A stretch of 64,000 bases of DNA from Camelus ferus. Its lineage: Eukaryota. The DNA is taken from positions 83,516,001 to 83,580,000 of the forward strand of contig NC_045696.1 of the NCBI RefSeq assembly GCF_009834535.1, written 5' to 3'. How positions within the stretch are numbered: position 1 is the first letter of the stretch; every line of letters begins with the position of its first letter. The position numbers and the translations under genes are program-made. The notes beneath the pieces are model-generated. The model saw only the letters and a program-made list of their open reading frames with translations. It was not told the origin of the DNA and searched no databases. Below are positions 23,295 through 34,390 of this stretch, piece by piece.

Positions 23295-26200
23295 GTTTCA
23301 ACAACAAGGGCTGGATGGTCGGAAATCCTCGCTCACTCTGGAGACGGCAGCTGAGCTCTTGGGATCTCTGACCAAGCTGGCAAAAGTAACCTTTCTTACT
23401 CTCAGACTCTCAGATCTCTGCTTGGGGTCCGGTTGAGCCAAAGTGCTAAGAGCCTCTTGTCTTTTCAAAAAGAAATTTTCCAAAATTTAGATTTACAGGA
23501 GAAAACTTTCCGGTTAGAAGTAGCCTTGTCCTTTAGGTATTGTGACTCTCACTTTGGATCTTCCAAAGATAGCCACTGTGTTCTGTCTTTTTGTCACTGT
23601 CTTTTGTGCTGGTGCTGGTGTTTTGCGCTGTGATGTCTAAAAGTGTGTCTTGTCATAAGAAGGACAGACATAGCACAGAACACAGGCACAGACTCTGTAA
23701 GCCTATGCAAGCCACCATCATATACTGGTGAGTCTGCGATTCTCACTGGACCAGTGTCTGGTTGGACAAATTTGCTCTGGGTCACCAATAAAACCAGATG
23801 AGTTTTCCCTTCTGTCTCAATTTTGTGTCCTGAGAGCTCGGCTTGGAAACAGAAGTCCTTGCCTGCAAGGACACTGAGATTGTCAGGTCTGTGCTCGGAG
23901 GTAGCCAACCATGAGGCTGGGGGCCCGAGACATGAGGTGCACAAACAGAACTTCCTGCCAATCACTGCCAGTTCTCAGAGAGGTTGTCTAAGCCTACGTG
24001 CTAAAGGGTCTCAACCCATAAGGACCCTTGTCAGCTCCTTCCCCACTGCCTTCGTAGTGCTGAGACTTCTCATCTCCCTATCGCCCAGCTGGTGTCATGA
24101 TTAGCAGGTCTGTGATTAGAGGTGCCTCACTTTTGTGGGAGACTGGAACGAAGCATTCTCAATACCCATGGCAACTTGGTTTCCCTCATTTCAGCTACAG
24201 TGGGTGTGATTTTTTTGAATTACGTAGGCTGAATCTTCTGAGCTCTCTTCAGAGAAACCTACTGTGTTCATGACTAAGCCACAAAAAGGCTTACTGGCTT
24301 GAGTCACATTTGGAATGGGTATACCTATGCGGATCCTAACAGTCAATGGTCACATGGATTCCTTTAGAAAAACTTTTCTATTTAAAGGATTTTTAAGAGC
24401 TTTCATGCTAAACAAATGTCCTGTTAGTACCTATAGGAAATAAAATGAAAAGAACAGAAAAAGTATCAAAGTTGCCTAAAATACTTGCTTAAAACAATTG
24501 AAGAGCAGAAGTCATTCCAACTTTAGGCCCCTGGCTCCCTTTAGGGATTCTCAAGGGACTCAGTGACCCCCAAAAGCAACTCCCTGAGGCTAAAAGGGAA
24601 AAGGGGGCCAATTAGAAACAGACTGGATGTTTCATCCACTCGGACAACTTTGGAGACACCCAGATGGCTACTTGTTGTCTCTCCAATCTCTTGCCTAAAT
24701 TTTATTCTACAGCCTCCATAAGATTATACATCAGGGCAAAAGGAAAAATCTTAAAAATCTTCTTTGTAAATATTGGCAGAAAGATTTTGCTCTCATACTG
24801 AGCAGGCAACAACTTGTTCCATCTGTCAGAAAAGCAATTAAGATAAAATATAAAGTGGGGCAAAGTCTAGAACCAACTCTTATTAAACTAGTGTATTTTG
24901 CATTACCGTGCAATGCCTGACTCACAGCTAAAATCTTAGAATGAAATCCATAATATCTCTATTTGCATCTGTTTGTCTGTTTATATTTGCTGTATGTTAC
25001 GTACATGTGGTATTTTCCTACGTCTGGATGGCATTATCAAATTAATTCATAAAATCCCTTAAAAGAGTTCTATTATAATTGACTTAGAGAAAAATAAGCT
25101 CTTTTATAAACTAAACATTTCTAAGCCTCTGGGAAGTATAGGAACTATCCCAAATATTTTTCAAATCCATGTGATTTGGGTAATCTTTGGTAAATAAGAC
25201 TGGTGCAATATTGTTATTGGTTTAATAAAAATGGGTTTGTCTTCTGAGATATCAGCATTGAGTATAATACAAGCATAAATTTCATTTTACCAGGTTTACT
25301 AGTCAAATAAGCCAATATTATATCTACTAGACATTTAAAATTATAAATATAATAAATTCGATTTTAATCATATTGGGTCATTATTTTGAAAACTTTATTT
25401 TAAGAAAAATAATGTTTTATGATATGTCTGCCCCAAAATCTTTTTGGTAACTTGTAGCCTCAAAGTGATGGTAAGTTAAGTAATAGATATTCATTAAGTA
25501 GCTAAATCATTTCTAAATAGGATCAAATGCTGACACATTCATTATTCAGCTTAAGTTAAATTGTATTGTACTTTGGACTTCTTATTTGTATTCAATGTAA
25601 AGAGGCCAAAGATATGAGTCTGTAAATAAACATAATCTTTTGCCACATTGAGATATTGTACTATAAAGAAGCATGTATCTTTAAAATTGTGAGATGGTAT
25701 ATTCGTAAATTTTGCTAACCTGCTACAATATGCTGATACATGACAGACAAGTCACAGCTCTCTACTTCCTAGCTTTATCTGTAACAGGAAGTTTTCTGTA
25801 TTAGTGTCCTCAGGCTGTCATAACAAGATTCCACAGACCAGCTGGCTTAAACAACAGACATTTATTTCTCCGTAGTTCTGGAGGTTGGAAGTCCAAGATC
25901 CAGGTGCCAACAAGGTTAGCTTTGGCTAAGAACTCTCTTCCTGGCTTAACCACAGCTGCCTCTCACAGCGTCCTCACAGAGCCTTTCCTCCGTGCGCACA
26001 CACAGACAGGTCTCCGGGGTCTCTTCCTCTTCTTCTAAGGACACTAGTTCTATCAGATTAGCATCTCTCCCTTATAACCTCATTTAACCTCAATAACCTC
26101 CTTAAAGATCCTTCCTCAAATATGCTCACACTAGGAATTAGAAACACATAAATTTGAGGGGGGGGTCTCTAACAGTTACTAATTAAGTACTTAACAGTTA

Positions 26201-27830
26201 CTAATGACAAAAATAAATCATAATAAAAACGTGAATAAAAATACTAGAAATAACAGAGCGAAGGAAAACCACTTGGTATGAAAATTATACAAGGAATGAA
26301 GGATGTGTTACTGCTAAAAGAAAAAGGAGAGTAATTATGTCCTAAAGTCAGATGACTGGTTGTCCCACAATGAGAAAGAAGAAAAGAACAGGACAAAACC
26401 TGAATGGTACAGAAAGATGTACAAGATTTGCAGAAAGGGAATTTTATGTTGAATGGTCAAAGCTGGCTAAGGTTGAATGGGTTGATTTTTTTATACTGTT
26501 TTTAAAAATGAGGTTTTTTATTAATAGTACCTGAATGCAAAACTAGGGCTTTGGTTTTCTCTCTCTATTTAAACAACAAAATTTTCTTGGGCTATTGGTC
26601 TGCTCTTAATAAGGGATTGTAAAAACTTTCTGTTCAACCTTTAAGTAATCTGCCTAGAAAACAAAGATTCTGGGTCTTTTCAGAAAAATTTCCTGTGTTG
26701 TCATTATCATGTTCTTGGCTGCTTAAGAGAACCAAGTCTTCTCACTATTGAAAGAGCTAAGTTTTATCTCATTATCTCGCAACTTCCAAGAATTGCTTTT
26801 ATAGTCTTTCATTGTCATTTTGTTGAATAGATAACCAAGTTTTGTTTCAGAGCGACTTACGATCCTATTTAATCAAGTGTTCAGACTTGTTGGCATTTTG
26901 CAACTTTGCTATTTTTGCCTTCTCAAAGTCAAATCCAAAATAAAATCTTGGTCTTGAACTGACTTTGAAATATCCCAGAAGGGCCCAGAAAATCTCAAAG
27001 GATTTGTTCTTTCACCTTGTGAAAAGAGAGATATTAAAAATTAATTAGGTAAGTTGAATTGCATGAAAATTATTATCAACTAAGAAAAGATGCTTACCCT
27101 TTCCTGGCTTATATTTGTATGGGTAAATAGTATTAATATAAGTATTCAGAAATTGTATGAAGTTCCTAGAGATTCTCACTATCCATGGTATGTCCTGGTA
27201 CCGTTTTGCCAGCTAACAGAAAACAACAGGAAATGGTATCAGTCATAGCTCCAGTTTTCATTTTAAAATACTGCATGTCTCAGAAAGAACCAGATGTCTT
27301 TGCCAACTGCATTATTTTTATAATGAACTCTCATGAGATCTTTAACCACAGGTATTTTAAGTCCTTTCTCAGCGACGGATAGTTACTATTTTACTCTGAT
27401 GCTTTCCTGAAAGCTCCAGCAATCAGCTACAGGCCAGGGTGTTTAACTTAACAAAAAGGAACTTTCCTAAAAACCCAGGAGAAAGGACTATGCCAGGTAC
27501 TCTGGGGTAGAGGCTGCTGGTGGCATTGCTTAAATAACTTTGAGATCACACCACTGAACTAAGTCACGATTTCTACAACTCTAATGGAGAAGCTGATCGG
27601 TTCCTGAAACTGCTAATCCAGGATCAAGCAGAACGAGAATTACATGGGACTGAATGAACTATGTCATAAAGGATGAGTGTGGCTTTTGTTTGAAATATTG
27701 CTGCTGGCTTTAAAAACCCCTTCTCTTTTCTCTTAAGCTATCTGTAGCTTACAATTTTGTACATTATACTTTTGTACACAAACGAAGCATTTAAACATTT
27801 ATCTTTTTCTCTCTGCCTGATCCCTCTCTC
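23295..27830 (+). mobile_element. Non-coding internal region of a MER34/MER4-group ERV1, 3'-truncated
   Basis: It directly follows the LTR and has AT-rich MER4-int-type motifs (gggtaatctttggtaaataagac, ggtttaataaaa, aagattctgggtctt, atcaagcagaacgagaattacatgggactgaatgaact). It has no long ORF and I found no second LTR. Confidence 0.7.
25797..26174 (-). mobile_element. MLT1A/MLT1B MaLR solo LTR nested in the ERV1 internal region
   Basis: tgtattagt...ggcttaaacaacagacatttatttctc..agttctggaggttggaagtccaagatc...ctctaaca, with TG...CA ends. Confidence 0.85.
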
Positions 27831-28099
27831 ACATTCTTACCTCTGTTGGATGGAAAATATTTTCTATATTCTCTGTCCTCAACATTCTACTTGATCTAGT
27901 TCTAAATTATATTTCTAGTATTTAATGGTACCTTTACATTGGTAGGTGCATTCTTAGAAGTACTTAGCATGAGTCTCCTAATGTTGTGGAGTCTTGTGGT
28001 CCATGGATGTGTGAATCAAAGTTGGGAGACCCTGTAGAAAAAGTTCATAAAGTAGGGCTTGCAGGTACCAAGTTGCAATAACGCCATTCAATCTCAGTT

Positions 28100-28800
28100 C
28101 AACACAAACTGGGAGGGTCACTTTGGTTTCGTGCAAATAAGACTGAGAGGAGAGAAGAGGAAGAAGCCCACGTAGCTACTGATCACACACCCAACCAGAG
28201 AAGCTGTTGGGCATGTGGACCATGGGCAGGACCCAAAGGGAAACTGTGCAGCTCCTCTCTGAGACGATCCTCAAACAGACTGGGCTGAAGATGACTAGTT
28301 CCCCCAAGAACACAGGGCACCTAAAATAGAGGCCACCAACTTCAGACAGAACCAAGCCAAATCCAAGTAATATCAGGCACCGCCTCCACGACTAGCAGGA
28401 AGTCAGCCTCCTTCACCTCTTGCCCTGACCCTTCCCAAGCCAGGAGAGCTGGGACTGTCAGAGGAAACAGGAGGAAAAGAAGATGCCTCAGAGCCAGACT
28501 ACAATCAGCCTTGGCCCCAGCTGATCACGTCAAGCCACCAGGGCTACAGTTGTAGCTTGGGATGGCAGAAAGGAGGAGCCAGATTTTGGAGATTTAAATC
28601 TGAAATTGAGCTAGAATAAGTTAAAAAAAAAAATGAAAGTGACTGGAAAACTTGGGAATCAGCTAGTGACTTGTAAGGATGGGAAAGAGGGAGGCAGTTT
28701 AACATAACTGAAAGTAACAACTAGGAAAAAATAATGAGAAAAAAATAAAAACAGTCCCATGTTATACCCAGCACACTGAGATGTCTTCCATATCAGTGAC
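28100..28800 (+). mobile_element. Probable ancient MamGypLTR-type LTR
   Basis: The 3' part gtgactggaaaacttgggaatc...aaaaaataaaaacagtcccatgttatacccca resembles recalled MamGypLTR ends. Confidence 0.4.
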
Positions 28801-31464
28801 TCTGGCTGATCGGTAGTTCCTTCCACCTGTCTTCCTGGACACTCAGTCCAGAGCCAGTTAGCTCCGAGCTACTGCCCCTAAGAGATGGTCGGGCCCTCTA
28901 GGGACCTGTAAGCCAAGGTAGCAGGTGACTTGGTTCAGGTCCTGGTCACAGGCTGATTCTGTTCCTCCCAGTGCTAAGCGCACAGCTTTCTGGAAATCAC
29001 TGTCCCAGGCAGCAGCTGGTGGAAGGAGGAACGGCCACGAAGGGATGGCTCCTAATTCTTTTCTCCTCCTGCCCCTCAAGCCCCTGAGCTACTCTGTCTG
29101 CTTCTAGTCCTGGAGCCCAGCAAGCCCACACTGGACCTCAGCTCACCGCAGCCTGGCATTTCTGCCCCCTCTCAGGTCTGCCTAGAGGTCTAATTTTAAA
29201 TGTTCACAATATTATTATATTATGTTTTTAAAATATTTTATCTAGCTTTGCTGAATAGTTTGAGCAGAGGGGCCTCAAAATATGAATATATTATACAGCA
29301 TAGACCAGAAGTCAGAGAAGTCAGAGTTATTTTTTATAAACTCTTAAATATGATCTTTGTCCTCCACTTTCCCCTAAAACACTAGGGCTTCCAACCTAGT
29401 TCAGTAAGCAGTACCTAAACAAGGAGCTGCACGGCTTCGCCTAAAAAGGGCTCCAGGACTCAAGATAACACAAATGAGTTAACACATATGAAACATTTCA
29501 AATAGAGTCTGAAACACGGTAAATGCTTAGGAAATATTAGCTATATATCTGTTTAAGCTTATAATTAAGTCTGAGGCTAGATTTCTCAAAAAAAAAAAAA
29601 ATTATAGACTTGAACTCCAACTTCACTGCCGATTTGTAGTGCAGTGAAACAAACAAAAGTAGACACGGTGTCATTTTTTTTAAAAAATCCGAATCTACTG
29701 TGACACTCCCTAATGAAAACACTAATTAAAATTAATAAAAGGCACCATCCTGCCGCTGCTGCCATCTGACCCTCTATCCCCCCAGGTAGGGTTAGGCGTA
29801 TGTTCTCCAGTGTTATGACATGATTTGAGAACACGTACCAACTTTCCTGTTCCTTAAGCTATTAGTATAATGTTCTGAAGTCAACAAACAAAAGTGTGGT
29901 GACCTGAAGGGTACCATAAGGTTGAGAAGCCAGAGAGAAATCAAAAGGAGAGGTTAAAAGTGAATTCCACCCTTACGTTCCAAAACTTTATTACTATATG
30001 CCACTTCCCTCTTTGTTTTTAATGTGCTGGATCCCACCACAGCTGCAAATTAATTTTCTCTGCTCCCTAAACGAATTACACGTAACTGTTTCTAAAAATG
30101 ACTACAGACATGAAAGTCATTTTCACTTAATAACTATTAATCTCATATTTCTTGGTGTCACTTTAGTATGAAATGCAAACGAAAATTATGCTAAACATTG
30201 CAAATTTATGGCATACATCAGCCCTTGATTTATATTATTATAGATGGTTTATCACCAGAAGCAATCTAAACAAAACTCCATCAGATAGATGTTACAATTT
30301 GTATTTATTTCTCCCAGCACTAAATGGTTCTTCAATTTCAGAACTATCATTAATTTCTTATAAATGCAAATCTTCATTTCTTATTTTAATCTACAATGAG
30401 TTCTCTGAGTCTTCGGAAGATTAACTTTTACATAAAATATTCAAATAGCAATTATAAATGAGACTTTGTTTTCCCTGGGCAATCTATTAGCTATTACGCA
30501 TAAACTAGTTTAAAGGAATGGGTGGTCTATATTGATCAGGGATATAATGGACTAATAATGTGATCCTCCTTCCTTTTAAATGATCCCCTCACAACTCCAA
30601 ATCCAATCATTAAGAAAAACCTTTTCAATGTTTGTGACTATCTTTAAATTGTCTTGCGTACCTCCTTAATCCTCCACTGTTACGATATTTTCTTTCAGAA
30701 CCTCTGGAAAGACCTGAACCACCACATTGATCTTAATCAAGAGAAAGCTGCAACTATTTTTCCTTTACTTTTCTTTGACTGCCATCTCAAAGCAGAAACA
30801 CTTGTGAATCTTTACCTGAAGACACAAACTGGAAGGCAAAGGAGGCAAACCGCCCTGAGCACACCCCAGGGTCAGACTGCGTGCGCTCTCCTGCGGCGGG
30901 TCCATCCTCGCCTGAGCCTGGCCCCCAGCCCAGGGCTCTGCGTAGCCAAAGCTCCACTACACTCATCCAGAGTTTGAGGACTTCCCTGGAGCAAATTCTC
31001 CACCGTTCAAACCTCCCAGCCCTCTCTCCTCTAAAACTTAGAAGACAGAACAACAGAATCGTCAGGATTCCAAGCCAACCAGCTTTGAATTCTATTTGTC
31101 GGGTCTGACATCCTTCCTGGCCTAAGTCATTCATCACTGTTTTGTCTTCACTCCTCATCTCTTTAGCTTATGATGGGAGGCCCCTTGTGAATATGCTATT
31201 GATTCTACATAGAAAAACAATAGTTGATTTAGAGCCTGTGTTATCTTTCTCTTAAAAAAAAAAGAAAAAACCTAGTACTAATACATGTTCAACATCAAGT
31301 TACAGAGAGTGACATCAATAGCTCAAAAATAATGGAAATCACACTGCTTTGAAGATACGTCAATGAAGAATTCACAATTCGCTCCACAAAATTTCCGTAA
31401 GTATCTACCCTGTATCAGCGGTTGTGTCAGGGCCCTGTAATACAGTCGGAAGTGAACTGTCCTT

Positions 31465-31657
31465 GAAGCCAACAAAACTTAACCTTCAGGCCCCTCACTA
31501 GCCTGGGCCACTTCCAGCCCTGGAAGAAGTTAAAAAGTATTTTTGCATTGACATGAGTTTTTGTAAGATTTGCAAACATGAGGGATATATGTATTCTTTA
31601 AGAGGGCCTCCCAGATTTCCTAAGTCTCAGGCTACATAAAAACTAGAATTTACCCCA
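31465..31657. mobile_element. hAT-Tip100 family (Zaphod/MER115-like) deletion derivative
   Basis: cttaaccttcaggcccctcact...tttttgtaagatttgcaaa...ttctttaagagggcctccca...aagtctcaggc. Confidence 0.55.
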
Positions 31658-32343
31658 ATGTCAAGGGAAACATCACACAACTATTTTCTAGGCCAGGGGT
31701 TACGCAGGGCATTAACTTGCTAACTGGGAAACACAAATGGTACCAAAATGCATCCAAATAAATCTGACAGAAAGCCTTACTTGAAAGAGGCAGGCTAAAT
31801 TAAAGTCACTTCTGCCTGTCATGTCTGGGTCAGATAAATTTCCTTTCAGGAACTTGGATGTCTTCTGTTAAATCTTTCTTGTACAGGTTAAAAGAGTTCA
31901 TCCTTCTCATCAAAGATAATTGGCCTTACTATTCAACATCCTTTTGTTTATCAAAATTAAATTAAGGTCAGGATCAGGGTCCTAAAGCAATATAATGCTG
32001 AGACTGAGGATATGGGATGGGAGGAAGTAGAGAATACAGATAATAATCTTCAATTATCAGATGATGCCACCTTCCTAAGGTCAAAAAGTCTAAGACAAAG
32101 ATGAGGTAAGTTTCAGATAAAAGTTTTATAACAGATATTCTCTCATTGAAAAACTATTTGAGTAAGTTAGGAAAGCTATCATCTGTCTCCCCGAAAACAC
32201 TTAAATACAGCAGATGCTCTAATCTTCCACAGAATCATGGCTACTGCAAAGGAGGATCCATCCTCCAATAGGTTTTTTTTCCCCTTCAAATTTACATTCA
32301 AAAAAGTAATGGCAGTTTTACACGGTGAGGGAATCTCCTAGAT

Positions 32344-32367
32344 GAGTGGTTCTCAGAGGGTGGTCCT

Positions 32368-32448
<81 letters not shown>

Positions 32449-32592
32449 TACCTGGGACTTGCAAGAAACGCACATTCTTGGGCCCCACCTAGATGTACTG
32501 AATCAGAAATTCTTCAGGCGCAGCCCTGCAGCCTGTGTTTTAACTAGCCCTCCAGGTGATTCCTACACACCCTACAGTTTGAGAATCGCAGC
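32344..32592 (+). mobile_element. MER5A hAT-Charlie MITE containing an expanded AGC repeat
   Basis: agtggttctca...tggtcc [AGC]n ..acctggga...ggccccacc...tactgaatcagaaa...ccctccaggtgattc...agtttgagaa. Confidence 0.9.
32369..32446. repeat. Pure (AGC)26 trinucleotide repeat (CAG/CTG class)
   Basis: 78 bp, uninterrupted; it gives the 26-Ser run in ORF 32342..32707. Confidence 0.98.
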
Positions 32593-33704
32593 CCTAGAGA
32601 TCTGCCGAAGATCAACCCCGTCAGCAGCACACACACCCTTTCCCTATGGTCATAGGGCAACTAACCAATTTCAGTTCTATAAATTAAAACCTTTTATTTT
32701 ACTCTAAAGAGGTCAAAAGTCAGATCCAGTTTTGTCCATTGTGTCCGACTCACACGCTGTACAATTTGCAACCATGAAATATACACTACTGACACATCTA
32801 GAAATCATCTCAGCTCAGTGTTCCCAATGATTCTCCAGCTGTGACAAGGATCTGACCATCTTAGGAGCCTGACAAATACTAAAGGTAGAGAACCACCGCT
32901 CACTGAATATATCCCATCTCTGAGTCTCAGGAACTGCTGCTCCAGTGCTGAAATGAAGAGACACCACACTCAAAGGCCAATTTCAAAGTGCAATCTACAA
33001 TTCCTGGCCACCACTTGTTTATGGAGCAACCGCCAAACAGAAAAATACTGGTCCTATCATTTATTTCCTTATGAAACCCTCTTCTACAATTCTTTCCTGC
33101 AGGGATCACCCCCTTTTCTAAATTCTTATTTCACTTAAGGCCTAACTTATATTATGTACCAGTCAATTACATATAATTCTTGGCTTTTCTTGCTCTTTAT
33201 TATTTTCCCATGTTCTCTTTCTTACAACATTACATAGTCTTTGCGGACTAGGGGCCCCATCCTAGCATCTTCCATCATGCCCAGCTCCTAGACATCTCCC
33301 TAGGTACCCAATAAATTGTTACGTGAGCCCTAGCCTTACAACTGTCCCATCCTGAATGCCCCACATGCGTCATTTCTCCCGCTGTCACCGTACGTGTAAC
33401 TCTAGGCTTTGTCTTGCAGCTCTTTGGGCGTGAGTCTGTCTGTCCAGGATGCCTTAAACACCTTACGGGCACAGTCGGTGCCTTAAGCATTTCTGCAGCT
33501 CCTCTGGGCTTCACAGTGCCACTGGGGCATCACAGGTACTCAGTACATATTGATTGGCTTGAATAGACTAAGGATGGCATTCTGATCCATCCCCAAATCA
33601 GCTCTGTATAAGCAGGATTTTCTGAGGACCAAAGAGAGGTCAGGAGATCCATCATCCCCTTTCAAGGGATTTTTTTTTAAACCTTAATCACACATTTTAA
33701 AAAG

Positions 33705-34390
33705 CCACAAGGTTTAGTAGAAGCAGCACAAATGTTGGACATTCAGTAGCCCTAGTTGAAATCAGAGCTGCCACCACTTTGTTTTTTAATATTCCCATTT
33801 TAAAATGTTCAATTTGGCAGAAGTCCTTTCTGGATCTTTAAGTTTGTAAAAACCCAAGCCACACCTGAATGAACAATTATAACAATGTAAGCAATTAATT
33901 TTTTAAAAACTTGAAGAAATGGTTCTACTTGTTCTTCCCCCTGCTCAGTCACCTCAGATAACCACTGTCAGCCATCTAGTGTGTTCAGTTCTGGTTCTTT
34001 TTATGCCCATTTGTAGACACGTGTCTGTGTGTGTGTGTATATACATAAGCATAAATATACATCCACACATCCTTTTTTTTGTATTTTTTATATAAATAGG
34101 TCCATATTAAATATACATTATTGTGTTACATTTTTGCACTTAGTTTTCATCTCTTTCAATATCTAACGCCAATTTATATAGTTTATCTCCTGTTTTAACA
34201 GAACTAACACTTCGTCACTATGTGCCTTCAGGAAGGATGATGGATGCTCTGGCCTCAGTTTCCACATCAGTAAACTGAAAATAGTATCTTCTTCAAAGAG
34301 AAGCGATAAAGATGAAATAAAATAATGTCTGCAAATCACCTAAGCGACTGGTGCTGAATAAAACATAGCTATTGTGGGTGTTACTGTTAT
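33705..34390. mobile_element. MIR split by an inserted antisense L1 fragment (~33780-34200)
   Basis: The MIR 5' part ends at ccaccactt and resumes at cacttcgtcactatgtgccttca...ggcctcagtttccacatc. The middle has L1 3' UTR motifs (cagataaccactgtca). Confidence 0.55.

Noticed and set aside
23298..27382. Short ORFs within the ERV interior, considered as gag/pol/env remnants
   Set aside because: No retroviral protein motifs are recognisable, and the region looks like non-coding MER4-group internal sequence.
29586..29834. ORF containing the signal-peptide-like MAAAAGWCLLLILISVF
   Set aside because: I found no convincing phase-2 donor after it and no homology. It overlaps a likely regulatory motif cluster.
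32342..32707. 121-aa ORF with a 26-Ser run
   Set aside because: It is a translation of the AGC microsatellite inside MER5A, with no gene context.
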